A DNA stretch of 62,085 bases, counting the filler, from Sanchytrium tribonematis (lineage: Eukaryota): the NCBI GenBank assembly GCA_018985235.1. It is 8 parts of 8 records of this genome, joined end to end, with 100 filler letters (N's around TTAATTAATTAA, not from the genome) between each part and the next. Parts side by side here need not be neighbours in the genome. Positions count along the whole stretch, not along the records: positions 1 to 26,141 come from JADGIG010000062.1; positions 26,242 to 31,298 come from JADGIG010000642.1; 6 more parts are not named here. The stretch is one strand, 5' to 3'. Below, one piece after another: positions 20,550 through 31,398 of this stretch. A program made the translations under genes and the position numbers. How positions within the stretch are numbered: the first letter of the stretch is position 1; every line of letters starts with the position of its first letter. Under the pieces are notes generated by a model, which saw nothing but the letters and a program-made list of their open reading frames with translations, was not told the DNA's origin and ran no database searches.

Positions 20550-22076
20550 TTATTCTTTTGCTGTATTGATGTCTTCCGCTGAAATTTCGTCTTTTTTTAA
20601 AACTGAATCACTGGATGCTTCCAATATTTTATATAAATTTGAAATGTTAATCCCGAACAGTTCAGCCGCTTCGATTTCATTGCGATCTTCAGTTATGTTA
20701 CTATAAATTCCTTTGGTAAGAGCCTTAATGACGTAGGGAAGAAAATGATGCCTCAATGCGTGTAATACACAAAATACATGCTCAGCCAATAAGTAATTCT
20801 TGTTGTTAAGGTACACAGAATTGGCAGCTTCTCCGATCTTATTTAAGCACTGGCTCAAACTATTTCCTACCTGCCTGTGTATATCCAATATAGGCATGAT
20901 GTAAAGAACATTTAAACCTGCTAGTATGCTGTTTAAGCACGTAGCTAGTAATGGAAAATCGAGAAGCACTTGCGGAGGTGATTCAGCAAATCGAATGGAT
21001 GATGGGGTATTAGGTGTACTTGTAATTTCATTATCATCACCCTTTTTAAACATCTCAGATAAAACATCTACTTTTTCCGTAGTGATTAAGTTAATCAAGT
21101 GCGCAGCAATGGGATTTTTAGGATTCAATCCATTAATTCTTTCAATTTGGTCTACAAAATATTCAGAAGCAGTGGTCAAATGTATATTACACATTTCAAA
21201 AACTCTGTTTTTAATAAATTCATTTAAATTTTGCCTAAAATCAAGCTCGTACTGTTTAAGATACATACCACAGTACATGAGCTGTAAACAAATTCCATGA
21301 AATTGAATGATGTCGTCAGATTCAGTAAGTTCTTCTTTACAAATTGTCAAAAATTTCATTGTTTGTTTTTGCGAATACCAAGTCAAATAGCGCGAATGTT
21401 CTGCGCTAACTTTTGTAAATATGATATTGAACGATGACATTGTTTCCGTTATATAAACTCTGAACCATTCAATAAATTTTCGTAAAAATGGCACAGTGGC
21501 AGTTTCTGAAAGATCAAATTCTTGGCTAATCTCTTTTAAAGCTATTTCAAATTGCCGGTTCTTAAGTTCAAAGTACCAAACTATTAATGAGTCGGTCTGG
21601 TTTACTCCAGACAGTCGAACAAGTTCAAACAAAGGCAAAATAGTTTGCAAGGTACAATCTTTTAAGCTTAAATTTTGAACAAATTCATCCGTATATTTTT
21701 TCAAATCTACTTTCTCTGTATACGCAAGCTTGGCTCTCATGAAGTCTTTTGAATAAAGATAATATTGACAAAGGTCTAGCTTAATTATTTCTTCCTTTGT
21801 AGGCTGCTTAATGTTTTGCATCATTTGAAGATTTAATTGTTTTCTTTCTCTGAGTTCCTGAATTTCCTTCTTTGACTGCTCTATTTCATGGTCAATTTGC
21901 TGCAGAATTTCGGTAAAATTGTTCTTTATAAATTCTCTTTCTTCATGTGCTTTGAAAATGTCATCAATTTTAGTGATCAAAAAATCAGAACCGAGGTCTA
22001 CTTTCTCATCCTCATTCATATTTTCGTCTGCGTTTTCATCAATATAAACTTTAATGCTAGGAGCAAATGATACCAT
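20550..22076 (-). CDS. COG8: Conserved oligomeric Golgi complex subunit 8 (COG8/Dor1)
   Basis: QLMYCGMYL..LDFR and PPQVLLDFPLLATCLN motifs. Confidence 0.85.
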   Translation of the reverse strand: MVSFAPSIKVYIDENADENMNEDEKVDLGSDFLITKIDDIFKAHEEREFIKNNFTEILQQIDHEIEQSKKEIQELRERKQLNLQMMQNIKQPTKEEIIKLDLCQYYLYSKDFMRAKLAYTEKVDLKKYTDEFVQNLSLKDCTLQTILPLFELVRLSGVNQTDSLIVWYFELKNRQFEIALKEISQEFDLSETATVPFLRKFIEWFRVYITETMSSFNIIFTKVSAEHSRYLTWYSQKQTMKFLTICKEELTESDDIIQFHGICLQLMYCGMYLKQYELDFRQNLNEFIKNRVFEMCNIHLTTASEYFVDQIERINGLNPKNPIAAHLINLITTEKVDVLSEMFKKGDDNEITSTPNTPSSIRFAESPPQVLLDFPLLATCLNSILAGLNVLYIMPILDIHRQVGNSLSQCLNKIGEAANSVYLNNKNYLLAEHVFCVLHALRHHFLPYVIKALTKGIYSNITEDRNEIEAAELFGINISNLYKILEASSDSVLKKDEISAEDINTAKE

Positions 22077-22206
22077 TTTAATTGTCAGGAAAAATATTTA
22101 AAACATTATAATTAGTAAGTTCTTGGACTTCAGATTAGTCCTTAAAATTATTTTTCCGTATGCTTTTATTAATATCAATACAGTAGCATCAAAATGAAAA
22201 ATTTGT

Positions 22207-22516
22207 CTATTCTAGGTTGAAATAAATATCTGCTTTTAGTTTGGCTGCTTCTTGTAATTGCGCCTCGTCTGCACCGGCATTAAGCTTCTTGAATTCAGGA
22301 CAGCCTAAGATCAAGTGTCGAATGCGCATGTCTCTTCTATTTCCGGACTTCAGCATCTTATGACAAAGTATACATTCCTAAATTATTATAATTTACAAGA
22401 GGTGTTCCGTGGGTATTGTTGACATGTCGATCTAAATCAAATTTCCTCGGGAATGACTTGTTGCATTTGCGGCATATCAGAATCTTATTATTATTGGTGA
22501 TGAAGTCCAATCGCAT
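22207..22516 (-). CDS. Small C2H2 zinc-finger protein (96 aa); 2 exons (intron 22378-22396); missed by the ORF track
   Basis: MRLDF..CRKCNKSFPRKFDLDRHVNNTHGTPL|ECILCHKM..RIRHLILGC..YFNLE*. Confidence 0.85.
22378..22396 (-). other. 19-nt spliceosomal intron GTAAATTATAATAATTTAG
   Basis: Separates two zinc fingers; spliced CDS is 291 nt with no internal stop. Confidence 0.88.
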
Positions 22517-23000
22517 TTTGAAGTGACTCATTTTTAATTTGTTTCAAGCGAGTGTACGGACACGTCAAACGCTGGATTATAAATGTCGGGATCGACGCCT
22601 CAAAGCGGATCGTAAATAGATGCAAAGTCGAGCTGAATCGGTATACGATCTCCGTGGGGCTTAATGGGGTCTCTATTTCACTCAATTTTTTAATTTTTAA
22701 TCTTGGGGGCGCAAAACCTACCAAAATCAATTTTGAAAATTAAAACTTGAATTTATTACGAGCATTGATATTTCAAAATCCGCACCTGATATTGCGAAAC
22801 AATAATAATGCATGCGGGGGCATATTCGTGAATGCGTGTTTCACTAAGATATACCATTTATAGTTTTAGTATGGTCCGGATTTGTATATTGGATAGGAGA
22901 TTGATCGATATCATTTGAATTTATGATTGGTCAGCAATAGCCATCGAGCCACTTTCATGGCTTCCAAAAGTATAAATTTGAACGTTGTCCAAAAATTACA

Positions 23001-25280
23001 ATGTCAAATATATTGTCATTATTGCTATACTCTGCTATACAGACATACTTACCAAGTGGGGGTTTGTCGGCAGTTTTACAGGGCAATGAATATTCAGTCA
23101 CAATTGGAAGTTCCGTGGCTGCTTCCACCAGCTGTCAAGCAATGTGCACCGCAGATTCCGCTTGCGTGGCAGTTACACATAAGGGTTCTTTGACTACTTC
23201 TGAATGTCATTTGCATTCATATTTCATTCTAGACATGGCAACCAATGGAGCCTATGAAGTGTCTGATTCAACTTTAAGGTCATTTATCAAATCACAGTAC
23301 TATACAAGTGCGAACAACACAGCAGCCGTGGGATCTTTGACAAGATACAACTTTGTTAATGGCTGGTTGCATCAGAGATATGTTCTAAGCTACGACTCCC
23401 CAGTTTCATTTGCACCATCAAGTCCAAACAATTTGATCTCCGTTTTAAATTCAGATTACTCCAGTGAAGCCATTCAAGAGAATTCGAGAGCTAATTACGA
23501 AAGGGTTGCAATAACCCGTCCCTTTAATGTGTCCATGGCAGAAAGCTACACTGACACGCAAGGCAAATTAGTTGTAGACGAAGGGCCCGCTTCACTTCAT
23601 ACCTTGAATATAAAAACCGGTGTCTACAAATTGTTTGATGACACGAAATTATACGGAGATGCAGTTAGTGTTGACCTTGCAGCAGATGTCAGGGAAAACA
23701 TTCCAAACTACAGTCTATACGAATGTATGATGAGTTGTGTGGAATTGGGATCTCAGAATTGTCAATACATCGTCTACGATTATTTGACAATAACTTGTAC
23801 TCAACTTACTTACAACGAAGCATCTACATACTCTGTTGATAAAGTTTACTCCAATGAAGTTCTCACTTTAAGAAATCAAGATACCATCGATTTACCAGTT
23901 GTGGATGTAAAACTTGTCGGAACAGCATTAGGCTCTAACACCACATTGGCAATGACTACATGCCATTCAAACTGTAGAAGCTCTCAAAGTTGTGCCGGTG
24001 TTAACTTTGATGTGATGACTGGAACTTGTCAACAATTTTCTTCAATCACTTCCTACAACACTACAATGTACGGATTTATCGGTTTTAGAGTGAAAGAAGC
24101 TAAATCTGAAACTTCGGCATCTGAGTACATGTCCACTTCGTTATTCTTCTCAGAAATTGCCGCTGAGAGCGCTTTGGAATTAACAGCTAGTCTTCAAGAA
24201 TGGAGCGCTGCTGGTGCTGCTTTCACGGAGTCATTGGAATTGTGGTCAGTCATTCATTCAGTAGAAGTTCAAGCCTCTGAGGATCTTCGTCAATCATTGC
24301 AAGAATGGAGTGCAGTACATTCACAAGAAATCTACGAATCATATTTGGCAGAAGCCCAAGCTCAGGCTGAAAGCACTGCTTTGTACCTTCAAGTTCAGAG
24401 TGAACTCACAATTTCTCTTGAAGGTTGGTCCATGGAACATTCTCAAGAAATATACGAATCTTACTTAGCAAGGGTAGCTATTGAAGAGGAAAAAGCCGCT
24501 GCATTTACGCAATCTAGAGAAGAATTAAGTGCATCCTTGCAAGCTTGGTCCGCTGATCAACAGGAGCTTACAGTTTCATTGCAAGGCTGGAGTGCAGAAC
24601 ACTCACAAGAGCTTTATGAGTCATACCTCGCAAGGCAAGAAGAGGCTGCTGCTGCCTACACGCAAACTCAAATGGATATAACTGCATCATTAGAAGCTTA
24701 TTCCGCTGAACATTCCCTAGAATTGTACGAGTCCTATTTGGCAAGTCTCGAAGCTAAGCAATCTACCGCAGATTTTTTAGCAGCCAAAGCTGAATTGACC
24801 GCATCTCTTGAGGGATGGTCTGCTGCACACTCTGATGAATTGTACCAATCGTTGCAGGATTCAATTGCAGACTGGTCAATTGCTCAAGAAGAGTTGACAC
24901 AATCATTAGAAGGATGGTCAAGTTTGCACCCTATTAGAAGTCAGAATACAATGTCTGCATCCTCTGGTACGATATCGTCAAAAGTTATTACTAGCAATCG
25001 TGCCACATCTTCTAAGATTTCACAAATGGACAGTAAAATTGGTGACGAGTACCCAATAGGAACATCAGGGAATGTCAATCCAACCAAGGACTCTACCACA
25101 AACGAAAATGACAATGCTCTCAACAGTCCAACCACAACTACGTTGGATCATGAGAAGGAGTTAGCAAGTAGTTCATTGCTTTACATTACTTTGCACAATG
25201 ATATTTCCAACATTCCTCAAGGAAGTAGTGCTCCAGCAATATCTAAAATCATGTTGTCCTTGCTATTCTTATTTATTTGA
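23001..25280 (+). CDS. Secreted, probably GPI-anchored protein with three PAN/apple-like modules and a helical repeat region
   Basis: Signal peptide; three CxxxC...C...C modules; repeats of ELTxSLxGWSxEHSQELYESYLA; S/T stalk; hydrophobic C-terminus. Confidence 0.8.
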   Translation: MSNILSLLLYSAIQTYLPSGGLSAVLQGNEYSVTIGSSVAASTSCQAMCTADSACVAVTHKGSLTTSECHLHSYFILDMATNGAYEVSDSTLRSFIKSQYYTSANNTAAVGSLTRYNFVNGWLHQRYVLSYDSPVSFAPSSPNNLISVLNSDYSSEAIQENSRANYERVAITRPFNVSMAESYTDTQGKLVVDEGPASLHTLNIKTGVYKLFDDTKLYGDAVSVDLAADVRENIPNYSLYECMMSCVELGSQNCQYIVYDYLTITCTQLTYNEASTYSVDKVYSNEVLTLRNQDTIDLPVVDVKLVGTALGSNTTLAMTTCHSNCRSSQSCAGVNFDVMTGTCQQFSSITSYNTTMYGFIGFRVKEAKSETSASEYMSTSLFFSEIAAESALELTASLQEWSAAGAAFTESLELWSVIHSVEVQASEDLRQSLQEWSAVHSQEIYESYLAEAQAQAESTALYLQVQSELTISLEGWSMEHSQEIYESYLARVAIEEEKAAAFTQSREELSASLQAWSADQQELTVSLQGWSAEHSQELYESYLARQEEAAAAYTQTQMDITASLEAYSAEHSLELYESYLASLEAKQSTADFLAAKAELTASLEGWSAAHSDELYQSLQDSIADWSIAQEELTQSLEGWSSLHPIRSQNTMSASSGTISSKVITSNRATSSKISQMDSKIGDEYPIGTSGNVNPTKDSTTNENDNALNSPTTTTLDHEKELASSSLLYITLHNDISNIPQGSSAPAISKIMLSLLFLFI

Positions 25281-25325
25281 ATAAAATACCCTATATTACA
25301 AGCGCAATACGTCACAATGAATATT

Positions 25326-26084
25326 TCACATAAAAGAATCCGTTTTGGTTTTCGTTGGACCGTAAAGCCTTTTTTCATCATAGTCATAAAAATAATGTCG
25401 ACCATTCCTTTCATTAAGTCGTTCATTTTCTTCCAAGCGCCTTATCTTCTTTTTTCTACACCATGACAATGCAACACAAGTAAGAACTATAATAAGTAAG
25501 ACCGAAAATGTCCCGATAATTGCGTTTGTTACAACTTTGAAGCTATTGGTCATTAAACCAGCACCAACACAAAATTCACCTTGTTTTGAATCACAGGATG
25601 TGCAAATATCCAATTTAGTGTGAAAACCACAGTTTCCATCCAAATTATCATTCAGACCTACGCAATTTGAAGATTTTAGTGTGTTACAATACTTATTAAT
25701 ACTGCCAGATATTTTCATTTGCTGGCTTTTGAAATCACCACTACAAGTATTAGTAACGTTTTTATATTCATTCAAAAATTGTGAACAAGTATTTTTGCAC
25801 ATTCTTTTTGAGGAACCACATGCATTCTTCTCAAATAACGAATCGCATACCCAGGTTGCATAAGTCGGCATTAATATATCTTTGTCACAATTTGAATCGA
25901 TTGAATTGTAGTGAGTGTTGAATACCTCCAAGATTGACTGATCTAGGGAATTCGAGTCATTGATGATATTGTCACTATTCTCAAGTTTCGAACCTAATTT
26001 TAAATAACTACCACTCCAGGCACTACAGAACGTACTCTCTGCAACAGCAAAACATGAATTATTGTTGGATTGAGGTATTGACAT
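25326..26084 (-). CDS. Cys-rich single-pass membrane protein (possibly 5'-incomplete)
   Basis: Many spaced Cys (RMCKNTC, GNCGF), TM then RKKK. Confidence 0.7.
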   Translation of the reverse strand: MSIPQSNNNSCFAVAESTFCSAWSGSYLKLGSKLENSDNIINDSNSLDQSILEVFNTHYNSIDSNCDKDILMPTYATWVCDSLFEKNACGSSKRMCKNTCSQFLNEYKNVTNTCSGDFKSQQMKISGSINKYCNTLKSSNCVGLNDNLDGNCGFHTKLDICTSCDSKQGEFCVGAGLMTNSFKVVTNAIIGTFSVLLIIVLTCVALSWCRKKKIRRLEENERLNERNGRHYFYDYDEKRLYGPTKTKTDSFM

Positions 26085-26141
26085 CAGCAACTAATTTGTG
26101 ATTGGGTTTTTAATATTAAGGAGAGTGGTTGGTCGTCAAAT

Positions 26142-26241
26142 NNNNNNNNNNNNNNNNNNNNNNNNNNNNNNNNNNNNNNNNNNNNTTAATTAATTAANNN
26201 NNNNNNNNNNNNNNNNNNNNNNNNNNNNNNNNNNNNNNNNN
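26142..26241. other. Artificial contig linker
   Basis: N-run, TTAATTAATTAA (stops in six frames), N-run; 100 nt. Confidence 0.97.
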
Positions 26242-26601
26242 ATTGATTTCTTGAATATGCTTGGAATGTTTGGTATAAATAATTTCATGGTTTATTTTAA
26301 GTAATTTGACATATTTCTTCAATTTCTTCATGATTTTGGTACCTTGTCGTTTTCCACTGACTGGATTAACAAGAAATAACACTAATTCATTAAAATGGGT
26401 AGAATGAGTTGTTTTATTTGATTTTTCAATAATATATGAGATACATTTGGCATTATTATTTGGATTTTTGATTTCAAGATATAGATCGACATATTCTTTG
26501 CTTGTTGGGTCAACAATGTTTGATTTTAATGCTTTTTTTAATGATTTGAATGATTTAATAGAGGATTTGGAGACTGGAAGGGATGTGATCAAACATTTCA
26601 T
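26242..26601 (-). CDS. DAG kinase/sphingosine kinase family, 5' part only
   Basis: FLVNPVSGKRQG..IIYTKHSKH; cut by contig end. Confidence 0.75.
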
Positions 26602-26750
26602 TTTTCAGGGTGTTTCATAATGGTCAAAAAAATCAATTTTTCACATTGCTGTAAAATGGTCATCAAAATGGGGCCCCACATTGCAAAATAAACTTGGATT
26701 TGGGTGGGTGATCACGCTGTTTTAGAAGATATCTGTTAATAAACACAAAA

Positions 26751-26823
26751 CCAATCACAGTCTTTTCCTTTGTTTGCAGATCCAATCACAGAATATTACC
26801 TTTGGTCTACCAACAAATCACAG
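26751..26823 (+). promoter_or_regulatory. Three CCAAT-box-like C(C/A)AATCACAG repeats
   Basis: Copies at 26751, 26782 and 26814, upstream of the C2H2 gene at 26887. Confidence 0.6.
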
Positions 26824-26886
26824 AACTGCAAACAAATTGGATTCAATTTGAAATGAGTTAAAAAGCGACAGACTTCCCAGGTCTAT

Positions 26887-27483
26887 ATGGAAGACTCAAA
26901 GACCCAAAACTGCAAATGGACTGACTGTTCCGCAGGCGAATTAGATAGCTGTAAGAAGCTGTACGACCATTACGTAGAGATTCACTTGATGCCACAGCAG
27001 ACACTTGATACTTTGAAATGCCAATGGAAGAACTGCCAATACCAAGCTGCTAATTTGAGTTCTCTAAGAAGTCATGGTTTGAGACATATCCCCTACAGAC
27101 AGTATGCGTGCCAGCAATGCGGACGTACATTCAAGTGGAAGCATGACAGAAACAAGCACTTTGCCAGACTACACACCAAACAACAACCAAGTCCAATGAT
27201 GTCCATGTATTCCAATATGAGCCCAATGGCAAATCTTTACATGAATCAAATGGGACAGCAATATCAGCAGTATTCCACACCAGACTATAGAACAACATCT
27301 CCATCTCCAAATCTAACGCAATACCAGTCCCCTCAACAGGGATTTCAAGCGCCACAATTGGGAATGTTTGACTTTATGGCTAGAGGCGTCGATCTAGCCA
27401 AGTCTACATCGACACCAGCCTCTCCGAATTTGCTGGAAATGCCACCTCCAGAAGACGATTTGATTAACTTTACTGCTTTTTAA
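26887..27483 (+). CDS. C2H2 zinc-finger transcription factor (PacC/Gli-like tandem fingers)
   Basis: CKWTDC..H, CQWKNC..H, CQQCGRTFKWKHDRNKH; Q/P/M-rich tail. Confidence 0.88.
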   Translation: MEDSKTQNCKWTDCSAGELDSCKKLYDHYVEIHLMPQQTLDTLKCQWKNCQYQAANLSSLRSHGLRHIPYRQYACQQCGRTFKWKHDRNKHFARLHTKQQPSPMMSMYSNMSPMANLYMNQMGQQYQQYSTPDYRTTSPSPNLTQYQSPQQGFQAPQLGMFDFMARGVDLAKSTSTPASPNLLEMPPPEDDLINFTAF

Positions 27484-27537
27484 TAAACGATATAAAATCT
27501 TAATTTGTCGTAATAATTTTTCAAACACAGTTTTAAA

Positions 27538-27933
27538 ATGTGGTTATGGCTTTTTGCAGTTTTATTAAGCGCATTGCTTTTATTCTGCATGGTATTCTTC
27601 ATTATTCTTTTCAGTGATCTAGAATGTGACTATATTAATCCAATTGACCTTTGCAACAAATTAAACCAATTTGTGCTTCCACACGCTGGATTTCATATTT
27701 TATTGACATTTTTCACCATGTTTTTGAGTGGATGGTTATTAATCTGGAATATACCAGTATTATTATATCTGGGTGACAAATATAGAAAGCAGCAACTCAT
27801 GTTTGACGCAACTGAGATTTTTAGAGGGTTGCCAGTTCATAAAAAGCAAGCATTTGTGCTTCTTGGGTTCTATTTATTGAGTTTCTTCATTTATTTGTAC
27901 GGAATGATTGCAGATTTAGTAGGGGAAAGTTAA
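27538..27933 (+). CDS. ERV14: Cornichon/Erv14 ER cargo receptor
   Basis: FSDLECDYINPIDLCNKLN, FDATEIFR. Confidence 0.95.
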   Translation: MWLWLFAVLLSALLLFCMVFFIILFSDLECDYINPIDLCNKLNQFVLPHAGFHILLTFFTMFLSGWLLIWNIPVLLYLGDKYRKQQLMFDATEIFRGLPVHKKQAFVLLGFYLLSFFIYLYGMIADLVGES

Positions 27934-27951
27934 TAAATTGAAATATATTTA

Positions 27952-30900
27952 CTAATCCATGTAGCCTTTCAAGATTTCATCACCAATGCTTTGACGACCA
28001 ATTGTGAGGGCTGTGGATTCCCTTTGAGGTCCCTCAAACCTCTCTCTACTCAGCGTAATATCATAATTACGAGGAGATTCCAAATTAGGCGATTTTGTGG
28101 ATTCTTGTGATCTCTCTACATTTTCTATTTTTAAAGATGATTCTTTCTTTTCAGACATCTCAGTCTTGGATGACATTTCCTCATTGGAAACAGATTTGAC
28201 ATCAACCATACTTTGTGCATTTCTAAGCAGCGTGTTCTTTTTGAATTTATTGAATGGATGTGCATTTCTAAACGAAGTTCTTGGGGAATTTAATTCACTC
28301 AAAGATCTATAAGACCCACTATTCTTGTCACTAGGTAATTGGGGTAATGGTTCGACTACAATTGATTTTACCGCATTATTATCAAGTCTTGAATTCAATC
28401 TGGCTGGTTTTCTCTTTGAAATGGCAGAATTGAAGCTTTCTTTTCTGGCTTCAAATTCAGGAGCCACATAAAATGGACTGGAAGGTTCGTCATCTCTGTT
28501 GGAATCTTTAGATGAATTATTGGACCAACGAGGATCTTTTGGAGATTCTTTTGAAGAATCTTTAGACGTGCGTTGATTCTTTGATGAATCTTTTGAATTA
28601 TGCGCGTCTTTAGCAGATTCTTTTGCAGAATCTTTTTGTAATCGAGGATCCTTCTGTAGACTCTTTGTTTTTAAGCGCAACCCATCCAATTCAGTTTTTA
28701 AGATATCAAATTCCTCAGTACCAGCATACTCTTCTAAAATGGTCAACTCTAGATCCTTTAAGATGGTTTGTTCCATAAGAACTGCTCCATCTATATTGCC
28801 ACCAAAGAACTTTTGCAATTTGTTAAATTTCTTTTGTTTTGCAAGTCTATTTTGTTCGTCTAAATCTTCTTGACTTTCTGATGTTTCAGGCTCTTTTTCG
28901 TATATTTCACTGATCATGGATTCCAATTTAACCTCTTGTTGGTCGGATATCATCCTACTTAAAGATTTCATGGTTTCTAGGTGCTGCTCAGCACGATGTG
29001 CATAATCTACAGTATTATTGACTTGTTCTACAGGTACGTTTTCTCCAAATTTCTTTTGCAGCTTGTCAAATCGCTTTTTGTTGACATTCTTGCCATTTTT
29101 AACAGCTAAAGATTGAATTCTAGATTTCTCTAAAACATTAGGAGAAATGCGCTCTCCCAGAATATTGTAAAGTTTATCTATTCGCTTCATTCTAATATCC
29201 TTATTTGCCTTGTCATCCTCATCAAGATCTGCATCTGCATCTACCTCTTCCCTTTTAATTGATCTGGAGCTGACTCTTCTGTTAATATTTTCATCAAAAT
29301 AGTTTTGAAGCAATTCTGGGAATGCATCTTTCAAAAGAGAGATCTCATCTTCATTTTCTGTCAAATCATGATTAGATTCATTTAATGTAGGTTCAAAAAC
29401 TGTAACCTTCTTTTGAGATTTCATCAAACCATCATCTGGCGTAGTTCCAAGCATTTCTGCTAGTTTCTTTTGTCTTTTCTTTAAAATTCTTCTCTCGTCC
29501 TCAGTCAAATCATTCTTAGTGCCTAATTCTTCCGGTTCTTCAATCAATTCAGAACTTCTACTTTCTCCTTTGACTTCATTTTTGATCATGTTCATGATAG
29601 ATTGACGTGGTGGAGGCTCATTTTTATTTAATTCGATGTAACTAGGTGGTCTCCCGCCAAAGAATCCCTCTAATTTGTCCAATTTCTTAATTTTTTGACT
29701 CCTTAGTTCTTCTGCTTTTTTCATGAAGCTCTCTTTGCTCTGCATGCTTACGCGTTGATCACTTTCATCACTCGTCAATACGTCACTGAATACGGTTTGT
29801 CTTCTGCTTTCTACATAGACTGGTTTCTCTCCAAAGAATTTGGCCAATTTTTTATCTTTGGTGACCATCTTCATTTTGTTGATATTCGTTGACATGGAAT
29901 GAAAGTACCTTCCAGTGAATGGAAATGTGACAAAATATCGAATAACTACTTTTTCTAGAGCATTTTCACGTACATTTCTGTAATAATCTACTTGAGAAAA
30001 TGGCGTGCCTTCTGGCAATTCAGAGACATCTACAAAGTCCATTTTAGTCAATTCCAGCATGAGATTATAGTCAGGTGTATAATCAATGAAATACGACTTG
30101 ATTTCTTGGTCTAAATTAATAAATTTTTACCTTCTTGCCATTGTTGAAAATTTGGTGATTTCATAAATCCGTGTAACAAGTGCAATTTGAGCACATTGTA
30201 AGCATCCTGCTGAGTCTCATCAAAGAATGTTTGATCTTTCTGCACAATCTCATAAGTTGGTACTGGCACGTCCTCTATAATATCTGGTCTGACATTTAAT
30301 CTTAGAGGCGAGTTCTTGCGTAAATACATTTTATGGAGGTATCTCGCGAATAATAACCATGTCTCAGGTGGTGATTCTACAAATATCTCTACTTCTAACC
30401 AAAACAACAAGTATTCAATGGAATACTCCTTATAACAATATTCTGCAAAATATTTAAATCCATTTTTAGATCTGAGAATCTTCTTTAAAGTCATATCGTC
30501 CTGGTCTTGGGTCTGCCTAAATCTATCTAATGCTATTAACATGCCAGAATGAGTTAATTCTTCTTCATTTTCCTCTACTTGTTTCTCAGAGTGAATAATG
30601 ATAATCGTGTCATTGTTATTCAAGACATCTCCTACTAGCGTATCAAAGTGAATAGGCTGTTCTTGAGCATTTAACACCAGTCTAACCATCAATGGACTCA
30701 CTTGCTTGCCTTCTAATGCCTCCAGTTGAAAATTAAAATCAGCTTCAACCAATTTTGCTAAATAATCGATAGATTGGGTGGTATCAACTGTAATTTTAAA
30801 TTGATATTGCAATAATTGAATGTTGACTGAAATATTGATGAACTCTACCATTGGATTTCTTTTGTTTCTCTTGTTTTCGGCCAAAAATACGCGCAAATCT

Positions 30901-31298
30901 TTGTCCAATGGGGAAGCAGTGATTTGGTCTTCCAATTTTGGAGCTTGTTGTTGGTACATTTGTTGTTGTAAAGCATACGCATAGCTATTATAAGGATTCG
31001 GATACGCTGGTTGACTATAATTTCCAAAGTAATATGCTGGAATGGGCGGGTGAAGCTGCTGAGGAGGGAGAATTGGCCCATAATATTGCATGTAATTGTA
31101 GTAATCATCTTCATTTCGTGATTCTCGATATGACTCTCTCTGATAACCTCCCATTAGCTGGTTCTGCTGCTGTTGAGGGATCATTTGAGGTGGAATTTGA
31201 TTTGGAAGAAGTTGGTTCATTGGAGGGGGATAAAAAGTAGATGACAAAGAGCTGACTCTTCTGCGATCTAAAAGTGGTCTTTGTGAACTATTTACGCT
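27952..31298 (-). CDS. Large RGS-domain protein, 5'-partial; 2 exons (intron 30111-30130)
   Basis: RGS box F.EY..KEYSIEYLLFWLEVE..SPLRLNV; frame open to contig end; splicing joins ORFs 30111-31247 and 27952-30060. Confidence 0.82.
30111..30130 (-). other. 20-nt spliceosomal intron GTAAAAATTTATTAATTTAG
   Basis: Removal gives WQE-DQEIKSYFIDYTPDYNL-MLEL, in frame with the 702-aa ORF. Confidence 0.85.
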
Positions 31299-31398
31299 NN
31301 NNNNNNNNNNNNNNNNNNNNNNNNNNNNNNNNNNNNNNNNNNTTAATTAATTAANNNNNNNNNNNNNNNNNNNNNNNNNNNNNNNNNNNNNNNNNNNN
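31299..31398. other. Artificial contig linker
   Basis: Same N/TTAATTAATTAA/N spacer. Confidence 0.97.

Noticed and set aside
22305..22318. CTAAGATCAAGTGT resembling U2 snRNA
   Set aside because: The branch-pairing GTAGTA does not follow, and it lies antisense within the zinc-finger CDS.
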